From: Nitrospirota bacterium
GTDB taxonomy: Bacteria; Nitrospirota; UBA9217
Direction of reading: 5' to 3'
DNA: 64,000 nucleotides
Assembly: GCA_963818475.1 (NCBI GenBank)
Contig: CAWFSF010000006.1
Span: 1,664,001 to 1,728,000 of the forward strand
The notes under the pieces were generated by a model. The model was not told the origin of the DNA. It was given only the letters and a program-made list of their open reading frames with translations, and made no database searches. Made by a program: the position numbers and the translations under genes. This document shows positions 33,215 to 43,392 of the stretch, one piece after another (the first letter of the stretch is position 1; each line of letters begins with the position of its first letter).

Positions 33215-33881
33215 TCAATCCTCTTCCTTCAACCTCGCCATCTGGTCAACATCCAGGCTGTCGAAGGTGGTGCTGATATGGAAAAAGAACATGCCGAAGA
33301 TAAAGGCTGCGATCAAAAGATCGAGCGCCACGCCCAATTCGACCACCAGGGGCATGCCGTAGGTCGCGCTGGTCGCAGCGAAGAGCAGGCCGTTCTCCAT
33401 GGCCAGGAACCCGATGATCTGCGTCACCGCGTGCTTGCGGGTGATCATCATCAGAAAACCGAGCATGAACGTGGCAAGGGCCACGGCAATGGTCGAACGG
33501 GTCACGAGCGTCGAAAGTTCCCTGATAGGCGCAGTCAGATGATAGGAATAGATCACGAGAACGATCCCGATGAGCATCGTGGTCGGGATATTGATGAGCG
33601 AATCGATCTCTTTATGGATCTTCAGCTTTTGGACCAGTTTATGCAGAATGTACGGGAGGAGGAGGACTTTCACCGAGAGCGTCAGGATCGAAGAGATGTA
33701 AAGATGATGCGCGCCGCCCACAAACCCGACAATGGCGGTGCTGACGGCAAGCAGGAACCCCTGCCACGCAAAAATGTGGAGCAACGCGTTCATCCTCCGC
33801 TGCACCACCAGGGCAAACGCGGTGAGCAGGATCAACGCGGCGAGAAGACTGTTCAGTTGCGCTGCGATGGCATGGATTCAT
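33215..33881 (-). CDS. Ehr cluster A HyfE-like membrane subunit (frameshift near start)
   Basis: QIIGFLAMENG, TYGMPLVVELGVALD, FDSLDVDQM. Confidence 0.88.
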
Positions 33882-33891
33882 GTTCCCTCCG

Positions 33892-34839
33892 CTATTCCAG
33901 CATGAAATATGACATCATCCCCAGTGTTGCAAAAAGAAAAGCGCTCCCGAGAAATTCCGTTATGCGGAAGATCCGCATTTTCGCAAGCCCGGTCTCGATC
34001 AGCACCAGTCCCACTCCAACAAACCCCAGTTTAAGCAACAGGACCGCGAGCGCTGCGAAGACGGCGAACAGATCATCATTCAATGCGATCCCCCAGGGGA
34101 AGAATGACGCGATCCCGAGCACGACGAACAGATACAGTTTCATCATCCCCGCCCATTCGATAAGGGCCAGGTGCCTGCCGGAATATTCAAGGATCATGGC
34201 CTCGTGGATCATGGTGAGTTCCAGGTGCGTGGCCGGATTGTCAACCGGCACCCTCCCCGTTTCGGCAAGAGCAATAAGGATGAACGCCAAAAGCGCAAAC
34301 ACGAGCGACGGCCTGAGCATGGCATGCCCGCCCTGGGAAATGACCGCGGTCATCTGGGACAGGGAGGTGGACTTGCCCACCAGCGATACGGCGAACACAG
34401 CCATCAGCATGGCCGGCTCGGCGAGGGAAGCAATGGTCATCTCTCTGCTCGACCCCATGCCGCCGAAGGCGGTGCCGATGTCCATGCCGGCCAGTGCCGT
34501 AAAGAACCGGGCAATGGCAAAAAGCGCGACCAGCACGATAACATCGGCTATCGCCGAGAGCGGCAGGTCCGTCGACAAGGTGGGGATAATACTTCCTGCC
34601 ATGACCGAGACGCCGAACACGAGGTAGGGAGTGAATCGGAAGATCCATGATGCATTCTCAGCCAGCACGACATCCTTGGAGAAAAGCTTCCTGAGGTCCC
34701 GGTACGGCTGGAAAAGGCTCGGCGAGGTCCTGCCCTGGAACCAGCACTTCATCATCTTCACCCAGCCTGCGAACAGCGGGGCAGCGAATAGAAGAAGTGC
34801 GACCTGGGCAACCGCTATGAAAAATGGATGGATGTTCAA
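33892..34839 (-). CDS. Ehr cluster A HyfC/NuoH-like subunit
   Basis: QPYRDLRKLF.K, GGMGSSREM, AETGRVPVDNPATHLELTMIHEAMILEYSG. Confidence 0.92.
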   Translation of the reverse strand: MNIHPFFIAVAQVALLLFAAPLFAGWVKMMKCWFQGRTSPSLFQPYRDLRKLFSKDVVLAENASWIFRFTPYLVFGVSVMAGSIIPTLSTDLPLSAIADVIVLVALFAIARFFTALAGMDIGTAFGGMGSSREMTIASLAEPAMLMAVFAVSLVGKSTSLSQMTAVISQGGHAMLRPSLVFALLAFILIALAETGRVPVDNPATHLELTMIHEAMILEYSGRHLALIEWAGMMKLYLFVVLGIASFFPWGIALNDDLFAVFAALAVLLLKLGFVGVGLVLIETGLAKMRIFRITEFLGSAFLFATLGMMSYFMLE

Positions 34840-34887
34840 TCAAGATCTCCTGAACGAGTAAGAATGAATCGTAATAAATCTATGTCT

Positions 34888-34965
34888 ACCACGGAGACAC
34901 AGAGACACTGAGAACTGAATCACAAGAATTAATAGGTTTTCTCCGTGCCTCAGTGCCTCCGTGGT
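34888..34965. repeat. inverted 9-mer repeat pair
   Basis: ACCACGGAGACACAGAGACACTGAG ... CTCCGTGCCTCAGTGCCTCCGTGGT. Confidence 0.8.
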
Positions 34966-34986
34966 TAAATCAATGTTTATAGGTTT

Positions 34987-37029
34987 TTATGTGAATATCA
35001 GCAGCACAATGATCGTCACGAACGAATAAATGAGATACACCTGAATACGGCCATGCTGCATTCTTCCGATCCTCCGCGATATCCAGAAGCTCGCATCCGC
35101 GATCGGTTGATAGATCCATATCCAAAAGCGGTCCCGTATCCGGAGATGGTACTGCAGTCGCTCAGGAAAGGCACGGTGCGCGGTCTCCGGAAGCAGACGT
35201 ACGTGCTCTTTTATGCTGAAGAGAAAGCCGAAGATCCTGCGCAGGGGCATGGAAAAGGAAGTGGCAGTGTACTGCATCCGGTTGGTTACTTTCGCAAAAC
35301 CGCAGTCCCAGAGCGGCACCCGCCTGATGGCCCCGGGGCGGGTATGCAGAAGGAGGTACGTAACGACCACGACGGCAAGAATCCCCACGAAAACCAGGGG
35401 CGCTGAATAGGACGCCCGCTCATGGGAGATCGGGGTCAGCCACATCCAGCCGAACCCCGCAGCCGAGGACGAGATGGTGTCGCCCACCAGTAATTCGGTG
35501 ATGGGGTCCATCAAGTTGATCAGGTAGGTCGGGAAAACGCCGAGTCCGAAGCAGGTAACCGCGGTCAGCAGCATGCCGATGCGCATGGACCAGCGCACCT
35601 CATGCACCCCTGCGAGATGATGACCGCGCCGGTGCCCCAGGAACGTCACGCCGAAGGCCTTCACGAAGCAGGCAGCCGCAAGCGCGCTCGTAAGCGCAAG
35701 GAGCGCGGCCCCCAACGGGATGAGCATGTTCAGGAGCGGACTGGGAAGCGCGGGAGAAAGCAGAAAGGCCTGATACGTCAGCCATTCCGATACGAATCCG
35801 TTAAAAGGCGGCAGCGCGGAGATCGATACGCACCCGACAAGAAAGAGCGCGGCTGTCCAGGGCATGAAACGGATAAGCCCGCCCATCTCTTCCATGTTCC
35901 GTTCGTGCGTGGCGTGGAGCACCGCGCCCGCTCCCATGAAGAGAAGCCCCTTGAACATGGCATGGTTCAGCGTGTGATAGAGACCTGCAACGAGCGCCAG
36001 GGCCGCCAGCAGGGTCATATCGAAGGAGGTGAAGATCATCGCAAGGCCGATGCCGATCAGGATGATGCCGATGTTCTCCACGGAATGATACGCGAGGAGC
36101 CTCTTCAGATCATGCTGCATCAGGGCATAGAGAACGCCCAGGACCGCGGAAACCAGACCGAACACCAATACGAGAGCGCCCCACCACCAGGGAAATACGC
36201 CGATGAGGTCGAAGATGACCCGCACCATTCCGTAGATGGCGGTCTTGAGCATCACGCCGCTCATGAGCGCGGAGACGTTCGAAGGCGCCACCGGGTGGGC
36301 CTCGGGCAGCCAGATGTGAAGCGGGATCACGCCGGCCTTGGCGGAGAAACCGAAGAAGGCCAGCAGAAAGGCGGCTGTTGCCAGCCCCGCAGGGAGTTCC
36401 GTCTCGCGCATGGCGTCGAAGGTATAACTTTGGAACCCCGAGAACCCGGTCGCAAGCCCTGCCATGATACCGAAGGAGAGAAGGATCGCGATTGCGCCCA
36501 CATGGGCCACGACGAGATAGAGGAACGCGGCCCTTCTGTTCTCAACGCGTTCGTCTTCAAAGAGGACCAGAAAATACGAGGCCGCAGCCATCAATTCCCA
36601 GGCGATAAGAAAGAACAAGGCGTCGTCAGCCAGGACGACCAGCTGCATCCCGATGAGGAAAACGGAATAAAATACCACCAGGCTGGTGATCGGCCGGTGC
36701 CCCAGAAAACCTTTGACGTATCCGATGGAATAGATGGAGACAAACGTGGACAGAAGTCCGACGACGATGAGAAAAAAACCCGACAGGACGTCAAGCCTCA
36801 GATGAAACGGAAGATCGGGAAGACCGAGGGGAATGACGAGCTGGAATGTGCCGCCGCTTGCCACGGTCCAGACACCCGCAGCCGTGGCAAGAAAAGAGGC
36901 AATGGTTGCGAAGGAAAAACCGACGGTAATCAAGAGTCGCTGAGAATGGCGCAGCACCGGCGTCAGTGCGAGCAGAAGCAGAAACACTGCGAACGACGAG
37001 GCTATGAGGCTAACCGGTGCAAGAACCAC
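34987..37029 (-). CDS. Ehr cluster A HyfB-like antiporter subunit
   Basis: FLIAWELM, KAGVIPLHIWLPEAHPVAPS, DLKRLLAYHSVENIG, WDCG....RMQYT. Confidence 0.93.
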   Translation of the reverse strand: MVLAPVSLIASSFAVFLLLLALTPVLRHSQRLLITVGFSFATIASFLATAAGVWTVASGGTFQLVIPLGLPDLPFHLRLDVLSGFFLIVVGLLSTFVSIYSIGYVKGFLGHRPITSLVVFYSVFLIGMQLVVLADDALFFLIAWELMAAASYFLVLFEDERVENRRAAFLYLVVAHVGAIAILLSFGIMAGLATGFSGFQSYTFDAMRETELPAGLATAAFLLAFFGFSAKAGVIPLHIWLPEAHPVAPSNVSALMSGVMLKTAIYGMVRVIFDLIGVFPWWWGALVLVFGLVSAVLGVLYALMQHDLKRLLAYHSVENIGIILIGIGLAMIFTSFDMTLLAALALVAGLYHTLNHAMFKGLLFMGAGAVLHATHERNMEEMGGLIRFMPWTAALFLVGCVSISALPPFNGFVSEWLTYQAFLLSPALPSPLLNMLIPLGAALLALTSALAAACFVKAFGVTFLGHRRGHHLAGVHEVRWSMRIGMLLTAVTCFGLGVFPTYLINLMDPITELLVGDTISSSAAGFGWMWLTPISHERASYSAPLVFVGILAVVVVTYLLLHTRPGAIRRVPLWDCGFAKVTNRMQYTATSFSMPLRRIFGFLFSIKEHVRLLPETAHRAFPERLQYHLRIRDRFWIWIYQPIADASFWISRRIGRMQHGRIQVYLIYSFVTIIVLLIFT

Positions 37030-37090
37030 GTTGCAACCTCGCTCTAGTTCTCTGGCGCGTTAACGAAACGATCTCCCTATAAACCCTTTT

Positions 37091-37175
37091 ATCCGCAGAT
37101 TTTCGCAGATGAACGCAGATTTTAAAAATTAGAAATCAGAATTATCACTCCGCACAATCTGCGAAATCTGCGGAT
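37091..37175. repeat. inverted CGCAGAT repeat pair
   Basis: ATCCGCAGATTTTCGCAGATGAACGCAGAT ... AATCTGCGAAATCTGCGGAT. Confidence 0.75.
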
Positions 37176-37213
37176 ACTCTGTTGAACTGAGCTGTTGCAT
37201 CTGCTCCACCAAC

Positions 37214-37739
37214 TCATCTCGTGCAGTTATCAATGATCTTGGAAAGCCCGAGCAGGATGGCAGTCGGCGTCGGCGGGCAGCCGGGGATATGACCATCCAC
37301 CGGAATCACGTTCCCCACGCCATCGGTCACTGCATAGCTTCCCTGGTAAATACCGCCGTTCATTGCACAATCCCCGCAGGCAACAACGAGCTTCGGGTCC
37401 GGCATCGGCACTGTAGGTCCTTCTGAGCGCCAATTCCATCTGTCGAGCTACCGGGCCGGTTACCAGCAGCAGATCTGCATGGCGCGGCGAAGCGACAAAA
37501 TCGATGCCGAACCGCTGGATATCGTAGATGGGATTCATGAGCGCAATGCCTTCCCACTCACAGGCATTGCAGGACCCCGCATCCACAAATCTGATCCTGA
37601 GTGATCTATGGAAGATTGTATCAATTTTCCGCTGGAAGTCAATGATCTTCGCCGCCTGATCGGGCGTGACATTGAATCCCTCAGGAAAAGGGATGGCCTT
37701 CTTTTTTGTAAATACGTTTTTGAATATCTCTTTCAGCAT
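37214..37739 (-). CDS. Ehr cluster B small Fe-S subunit (HyfI-like; frameshift ~37410)
   Basis: VDAGSCNACEWE, ASPRHADLLLVTGPV, CGDC, IPGCPPTP. Confidence 0.88.
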
Positions 37740-37766
37740 AGTTTAACCTTGTACTCAGTGTTTATC

Positions 37767-37801
37767 TGACCCTGGACCCTGAACCCCGACCCCTGAACCC
37801 T
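37767..37801. repeat. heptamer tandem repeat (GGACCCT-type)x5
   Basis: TGACCCT GGACCCT GAACCCC GACCCCT GAACCCT. Confidence 0.7.
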
Positions 37802-37807
37802 GCCGTT

Positions 37808-39376
37808 CTACATATCCGTTCCCGAGTACGACAGATTAAAACTCTTATTGCACAAGGGGAAATCCGGCACGATGTTGCCATGCACGGCGAAGGGCACCGC
37901 CGGCCAGTTGCAGTATGAAGGCGATCGGAGTTTCACCCTGAGCGGCTTGCCGTCCCTGTCAGCCATGACCCAGTAGAACAGCGAACCCCGCGGCGTTTCA
38001 ACATACCCTAAAGCGGAGGCATAAGCCGGCACTGCTTTAAGCGGTACGGCCAGTTCGCCTTTGTAACCGCTTTCCATCAGCGCCTGGATCATGGAGATCG
38101 AGCACTCCGTTTCCTCTGCCCTGATCATCATGCGTGCGAGCACATCGCCCTGTTCATACGTGTGGGCCTCAAATATCAGCCTGTCGTAGAGCAGATGCGG
38201 ATGGGATTTCCTGATATCATCGGGCAGTCCCGAGGCGCGTGCGGCCACTCCCGTGACCCCCAGTTTTCGGGCGATGTCCTTGGACAGCCGGCCGGTGTTC
38301 GTGATCCGTTCCATGTGAGAGACTGACCCGATCAGGAGCTGCATAAGGTCCTTGTATTCCTTCGTAGCCCAATCCAGGGTCTTCAGGATATCATCGGCCT
38401 GAGCGTAGACATCCCGCGTGACGCCGCCCACGACGTTCACCCCGCGCAGAAACCTGCTGTTGGTCAGCCGCTCGTTCAGCTGCATGAGCCGTTCTTTGAT
38501 GACCGCTCCCTTGGCGTACCCAACGGCCAGTCCCGTTCCCGCGCACATGTACCCGATATCGCCGATGTGGTTGTACAGGCGCTCAAGTTCAAGGACCAGT
38601 GTTCTGACGGCTGCTGCTTTTTCCGTGATCTCGATGCCCATCATCCGCTCGACGGCCATGCAGTATGCTGCTCCATGGGAAAAGGAAGACGTGCCGGACA
38701 CACGCTCGGCGAGCCTGACACCATCGATGAAGCCAAGTCGCTCAAACTGCTTTTCCGTGCCTTTGTGGGTGTAGAACAACCGCGGCTCAAGAAAGAAGAT
38801 GGTTTCCCCGATAGCGCTGAACCGGAAATGGCCGGGTTCGATAATGCCGGCATGCACCGGGCCGACCGGGATCTGGACGATTCCCTCGCCCGTGACCTCC
38901 AGAAAGGGATGGGGTACCTTGATCGCCGTCCCCTCGCCCCACTCTTTTTTCTCCGGATCGGAGATGCTCCAATCCTTGCGGAGCGGATGGCCGCCTGCGG
39001 GAAAGGCCTCGTGAAATACAAGCCTGCGCGGGTCGGGATGCCCGATGGGAACGAGTCCGAGGAGGTCGCTGATCTCCCGTTCGTACCAGTGAGCAGCCGG
39101 GATCATCGGCGTGAGAGAGGGAAATGACGCAACGTCCTCTTTCACCGGCAGAACAATAAACGTGAAGGTGTCGGCGCCGGGGATCGTAAACACGGCATAG
39201 ATCCGGAACAATCCGTCCTTTTCCCGTTCGTCCGCTGCGAACATGAGCCGCAGGAGCGCATGCTGCTTCATGACGAGCGAGACGCAGACCTCCCTGAAAT
39301 CAGTGCTGTCGACTTCGACGTAGACTTCATTGAGCTGGTCCCGCCTGGCACGTCCTTTATTGAAAATACTTTCCAT
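37808..39376 (-). CDS. Ehr cluster B large subunit (HyfG-like, no NiFe cysteines)
   Basis: WYEREISDL.G, PVGPVHAGIIEPGHFRF, ERVSGTSSFSH, ETPRG, PDFPLCNKSFNLSYSGTDM. Confidence 0.92.
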   Translation of the reverse strand: MESIFNKGRARRDQLNEVYVEVDSTDFREVCVSLVMKQHALLRLMFAADEREKDGLFRIYAVFTIPGADTFTFIVLPVKEDVASFPSLTPMIPAAHWYEREISDLLGLVPIGHPDPRRLVFHEAFPAGGHPLRKDWSISDPEKKEWGEGTAIKVPHPFLEVTGEGIVQIPVGPVHAGIIEPGHFRFSAIGETIFFLEPRLFYTHKGTEKQFERLGFIDGVRLAERVSGTSSFSHGAAYCMAVERMMGIEITEKAAAVRTLVLELERLYNHIGDIGYMCAGTGLAVGYAKGAVIKERLMQLNERLTNSRFLRGVNVVGGVTRDVYAQADDILKTLDWATKEYKDLMQLLIGSVSHMERITNTGRLSKDIARKLGVTGVAARASGLPDDIRKSHPHLLYDRLIFEAHTYEQGDVLARMMIRAEETECSISMIQALMESGYKGELAVPLKAVPAYASALGYVETPRGSLFYWVMADRDGKPLRVKLRSPSYCNWPAVPFAVHGNIVPDFPLCNKSFNLSYSGTDM

Positions 39377-39378
39377 AC

Positions 39379-40860
39379 TTATTTCATTCCCAGAACCAGC
39401 ACGCAGGTCCTGATCGTCCCGTCAATGAACCCGGGGATCCTGATGCCCATCACGATGATTGCAGCAGCCATGGCGATCATGACCACATTGCCAAGTATGT
39501 TGCCCATGCCGAAACGCGACGCCTGCCAGCGTGCGGTGTTCGCTGCATCCATTGCGACCGGGGCGCCGAAAAGCATCTTTCCGAACGCGGAAAGCACGCC
39601 GTAGAAAACCAGCGCTATAAAGAAAAGGAAAACGCCTACCACGGGCCACAGACCCTTGTCCACGGCAGCCTTCAGGATCGTAAACTCGCTCATGAAAATA
39701 TTGAACGGCGGCGTTCCAGACAGGGCCAGGGCGCCGATGAACGTGAGCGTCCCGAGGAGCGGCATGGTTGAAAGCACCCCGTTCACATTCGCGATGTTCG
39801 TGGAGCCGAACCGCGCCTGGATCTTCCCGGAAGCAAAGAACATAAGGGGTTTCGCAAAGGTATTGCTCAGGACATGGAGCAATGCGCCATAAACGCCGAC
39901 GGGCCCGCCGATACCGACACCAAGAACGATGATGCCCATGTGCTCGACGCTGCTGTAGGCAAGCAGCCGCTTGAAGTTGTTCTGGACCAGGATGAATACG
40001 GCCGCAATACCCACGGAGATGAGGCCGAAAATGATGAGCAGGTTGCCGGTGAAGACATCGCCGGTCGACGGTTCCACGATCGAGACAAAGCGCATGATGG
40101 CGTAGAACGCGGTCCAGCCGGGCAAGAGAGCGCTGATCGGGCTCGGAGCCTCACCCTGAGCATCAGGGAGCCAGTTGTGTATTGGCGCAAGTCCGGCCTT
40201 GGTCCCGTATCCCACGAGCACAAAGATGAACGCGAGCTTCATCGTCTCGGGGTTCAGCTTCGGAGCAATGCCTTTGAGCACCGTCCAGTTCAACGCGCCT
40301 TCAGCGCCCGTGACCGCGGTCGAGGCATAGTAGGTAATGAACGTGCCGAGGAGCGCGAACGTGATACCCACGGTGCAGAGGACGATATATTTCCACGCAG
40401 CCTCAACAGCGAGCGGCCGCTTGCGAAAACCGAGTCCGATGAGAAGCGCCGAGACGATCGTCGTTGCCTCCATCCCGATCCACATGAGCGCGAGGTTGTT
40501 CGCCATGGACACCAGCAGCATGGTGAACACAAAAATATGAAAAAGGCCGTAATAACGCCGCATGCCACGGAAATCAATAAGCCCGGCAATAAGCTCATTA
40601 TCGAGATAACCGATCGAATAAACCGCCGATGCCAGGCTGTACAGGATCATCAACCCCATGATGTAGGCCGAAAATGCATCCATGAAGAGCGCGCCCTTTG
40701 CCGCGGTGACGGGCGTGGACACCGCGCCGATGATGATCGGTGCGGCATAGGCCGCAAGCGCAACAATACCAGCAAGGTTCGCATAGCCGATCAGCCGCGG
40801 ACTCTTCACCACGTAGCATGCCATGGCGGTTACCAAGGGAATGAGCAATATGATTAGCAC
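39379..40860 (-). CDS. Ehr cluster B HyfF-like subunit
   Basis: WIGMEATT, EAAWKY, GYGTKAGLAPIHNWLPDA, KRLLAYSSVEHMG. GTG start at 40860 is inferred; the longer ORF translates upstream repeats. Confidence 0.9.
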   Translation of the reverse strand: MLIILLIPLVTAMACYVVKSPRLIGYANLAGIVALAAYAAPIIIGAVSTPVTAAKGALFMDAFSAYIMGLMILYSLASAVYSIGYLDNELIAGLIDFRGMRRYYGLFHIFVFTMLLVSMANNLALMWIGMEATTIVSALLIGLGFRKRPLAVEAAWKYIVLCTVGITFALLGTFITYYASTAVTGAEGALNWTVLKGIAPKLNPETMKLAFIFVLVGYGTKAGLAPIHNWLPDAQGEAPSPISALLPGWTAFYAIMRFVSIVEPSTGDVFTGNLLIIFGLISVGIAAVFILVQNNFKRLLAYSSVEHMGIIVLGVGIGGPVGVYGALLHVLSNTFAKPLMFFASGKIQARFGSTNIANVNGVLSTMPLLGTLTFIGALALSGTPPFNIFMSEFTILKAAVDKGLWPVVGVFLFFIALVFYGVLSAFGKMLFGAPVAMDAANTARWQASRFGMGNILGNVVMIAMAAAIIVMGIRIPGFIDGTIRTCVLVLGMK

Positions 40861-40890
40861 GTTGGTCGTTTCACTCCGTTGCACTCCGTA

Positions 40891-40990
40891 CTCCATTGGA
40901 AATTGGAAAATGAAGATTGGAAATTTCAAATTTTAAAGCTACAGCACGTGTTCTTTTTAACCTTCAATTTCCAATCTTCAATTTTCAATT
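40891..40990. repeat. inverted heptamer (TGGAAAT/TGAAGAT) repeat pair
   Basis: CCATTGGAAATTGGAAAATGAAGATTGGAAATT ... TTCAATTTCCAATCTTCAATTTTCAAT; same family at 41682-41722 and 42104-42256. Confidence 0.8.
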
Positions 40991-41010
40991 CGGCATTCAA
41001 AGAATGCCGG

Positions 41011-41670
41011 CTATCCTTTCAGCACCGTCAGTTTGTCCAGATCGGCCGTAGCAAAGGTCCGCCGGATCTGCACCGCAAAGATGCCGAGAATGATCACGCC
41101 CATCAGCATATCAAACAACACCCCGAGTTCGATGATCGTCGGCATCCCGAAGGTCAGGGAAAAACCGGCGAGGAACAGGCCGTTTTCCATGAACAGCAAT
41201 CCCATGACCATCGTCAGGGCCTTCTTTCTCGTGATCATGATAAAAAGACTGATAAGGATCACCGCAATCGCTATCTGGAGCACATTCCGGGAAAATCCCG
41301 TGACCGTGATGCCGGTCTTGAGCGATGCATACACCACGGCAACAAGGATGCTCGATACGGCAAGCGAAAGCGTATTGCTGATAGAGGGCTGTATAATATG
41401 GGTCACCCGCATCTGGCGCACGATCTTTCGCAGAAAAAGCGGGATCAAAACACCCTTTGTCGCAAGCGTGAGCAGGGCCGCGACATAGAGATGCGACTCG
41501 TCAACGAGGATTGCCACCACGGCGACAAGGCATGCCAGGAGCCAGGAGTTGATCGTATATGCCTTCACATAGGATTCGATGCTCTTAAAAGCATTCAGCG
41601 TAACCGCTGTCAGAAGAAGACCGACAGAGATGAAATCAACTATGGAATAAGCCTCGAGCCATGATTTCAT
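41011..41670 (-). CDS. Ehr cluster B HyfE-like subunit
   Basis: KGVLIP..L, GLLFMENG, FGMPTIIELGVLFD, DLDKLTVLKG; GGAG RBS before the ATG at 41670. Confidence 0.9.
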   Translation of the reverse strand: MKSWLEAYSIVDFISVGLLLTAVTLNAFKSIESYVKAYTINSWLLACLVAVVAILVDESHLYVAALLTLATKGVLIPLFLRKIVRQMRVTHIIQPSISNTLSLAVSSILVAVVYASLKTGITVTGFSRNVLQIAIAVILISLFIMITRKKALTMVMGLLFMENGLFLAGFSLTFGMPTIIELGVLFDMLMGVIILGIFAVQIRRTFATADLDKLTVLKG

Positions 41671-41731
41671 GTCGCTGCGCTCCATTGGAAATTGAAGATT
41701 GGAAATTGGAAATTTAAAATTTGCGAGACCC

Positions 41732-42091
41732 TCATTTATTCTTTTTTGCCGTGATGAGCGATTTAGCGATAATATTAATAAGTTGTTTTGTCTCTTCAAT
41801 GAGCGCGTGCAAATCGATATCCTGGAGCATTTCTGCTCTCTGCAATAGTTTTAACCAGTAATGTGATTCGCGCAGTTCCTTCAGTACTATCTGAAGTTTG
41901 TGGATGAAATCAGCCTTGCTCGACGCACCACACGCTTCTTCATAATTGGCGCCTGTTGAGGTCGCGGACCGGAATAACTGTCCTGCCACGTGTTTGCCAG
42001 GCAATGAGGCATCAAGTTTCATGGTGAGCTTGAATATCGACGCACCATAATCGAGTAAGCGTTCTGCAAGCTTATTGGCCTGGTTTTCCAT
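41732..42091 (-). CDS. four-helix-bundle protein (23S rRNA IVP / bAvd-like family)
   Basis: QLFRSATSTGANYEEA..A.SKADFIHKL.I.LKE.RES.YWL; flanked by heptamer repeats. Confidence 0.92.
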   Translation of the reverse strand: MENQANKLAERLLDYGASIFKLTMKLDASLPGKHVAGQLFRSATSTGANYEEACGASSKADFIHKLQIVLKELRESHYWLKLLQRAEMLQDIDLHALIEETKQLINIIAKSLITAKKNK

Positions 42092-42279
42092 GGTCGCTGC
42101 GCTCCATTGGAAATTGAAGATTGGAAATTTTAAATTTGCAATGCTCTCACTTTTTATCATCGTGACAATGGATCAGACGAATCAGATTGATACTCAACTG
42201 ACGATCATTACGCCGTCCATTTTAAAATTTCCAATCTTCAATTTCCAATCTTCAATCCGACACGCCCCGCGTGTCGGCC

Positions 42280-43197
42280 CTATTTCCCCATCATGATATG
42301 CGTCACCAGCGAAAGGAATGCGAGAACAAATGCTCCGCCGAGAATGGACGGCAGCTGAAAAAATCTCACCTTTGCCCGCGTCGACTCCACAACCGCCATC
42401 GCGATGCAGAGGCCGAGCATCTTGAGAGCATAGATGCCGGCAGGCAGGGCGAGCGCGCCGGCGCCAGTTGCCTGTGCAATGCCCACCGGGAGGAAGATGT
42501 CGATCGCCAGCGTGAACAGGACCATCTGTTTTATATAATGCGCCCATTCCATGAGCGCAAGGTATCGTCCCGAGTATTCGAGGATCATGCCCTCATGGAT
42601 CATGGTGAGCTCCAGATGGGTGTCGGGATTATCCACCGGCACCCTCCCGGTCTCCGCGGTGATCGCAACCATCAGGGCTGCAAGCGCCAGCAGATGCGAC
42701 GGAGAGTACAGCGCACGCTGCGCATCTGCTATGCGGGCAATGTTCGTTGAACCGGCGGTAATGGCCGCTGTAAAAAGTGCGAGCATCATCATCGGCTCTA
42801 CCAGGATCGCCACCGTCATCTCCCGGCTGCTCCCCTCGCCCCCGAAGACGGTGCCGGCATCAAGCCCGGCAAGGGCCATAAAGAACCGCCCCAGCGCAAA
42901 GACAGCGATGAGGGCAATGACATCTCCCATCATGCTGAAGACCGACTGCGTCGTAAGAACCGGGACGAGCAGGGCTGCGGCGGCGGCAGACGTAAAAACG
43001 ATGTACGGCGTGGCCGTGAAGATCCACGAAGTCACGCTGGAGACAACCATGCCCTTCTTGAACAGACGCAGCAGATCATAGTAGGGCTGCAGCACGCCGG
43101 CACCGATCCTGCCCTGCATGTTCGCCTTCAGCTTCTTGATCACCCCGTTCACGAGGGGCGAGAAGAAGATGACTATGAGAAACTGAAAATATTCCAT
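42280..43197 (-). CDS. Ehr cluster B HyfC/NuoH-like subunit
   Basis: QPYYDL.RLF.K, GGEGSSREM, AETGRVPVDNPDTHLELTMIHEGMILEYSG. Confidence 0.92.
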   Translation of the reverse strand: MEYFQFLIVIFFSPLVNGVIKKLKANMQGRIGAGVLQPYYDLLRLFKKGMVVSSVTSWIFTATPYIVFTSAAAAALLVPVLTTQSVFSMMGDVIALIAVFALGRFFMALAGLDAGTVFGGEGSSREMTVAILVEPMMMLALFTAAITAGSTNIARIADAQRALYSPSHLLALAALMVAITAETGRVPVDNPDTHLELTMIHEGMILEYSGRYLALMEWAHYIKQMVLFTLAIDIFLPVGIAQATGAGALALPAGIYALKMLGLCIAMAVVESTRAKVRFFQLPSILGGAFVLAFLSLVTHIMMGK

Positions 43198-43216
43198 AGA
43201 GTCTGTACACGAGAGT

Positions 43217-43392
43217 CCTGAGCTAATTGCTATTAAAAATCCATGTAAAAAGGCCAAACAATTATCGCCACGAAGGCACGAAGACACAAAGAAATTCCTT
43301 ACGATTTATGATTTATAAAACCTTTAAAGAGCCAGGCCTCTCTTCGAGTCTTCGTGCCTTCGTGGCAAATTGGTACGGTTTGTCCCAGTTAC
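43217..43392 (-). repeat. MITE-like element with internal inverted 9-mer arms
   Basis: The minus strand starts GTAACTGGGACAAACCGTACCAA (overlapping the hyfB TAA) and ends GCAATTAGCTCAGG; internal GCCACGAAGGCACGAAGAC palindromic arms at 43267-43366. Confidence 0.55.

Noticed and set aside
41732-42091. Diversity-generating retroelement (Avd-like gene)
   Set aside because: No reverse transcriptase and no template/variable repeat pair is seen. The DUF1566 gene is 40 kb away with no matching repeat noticed.
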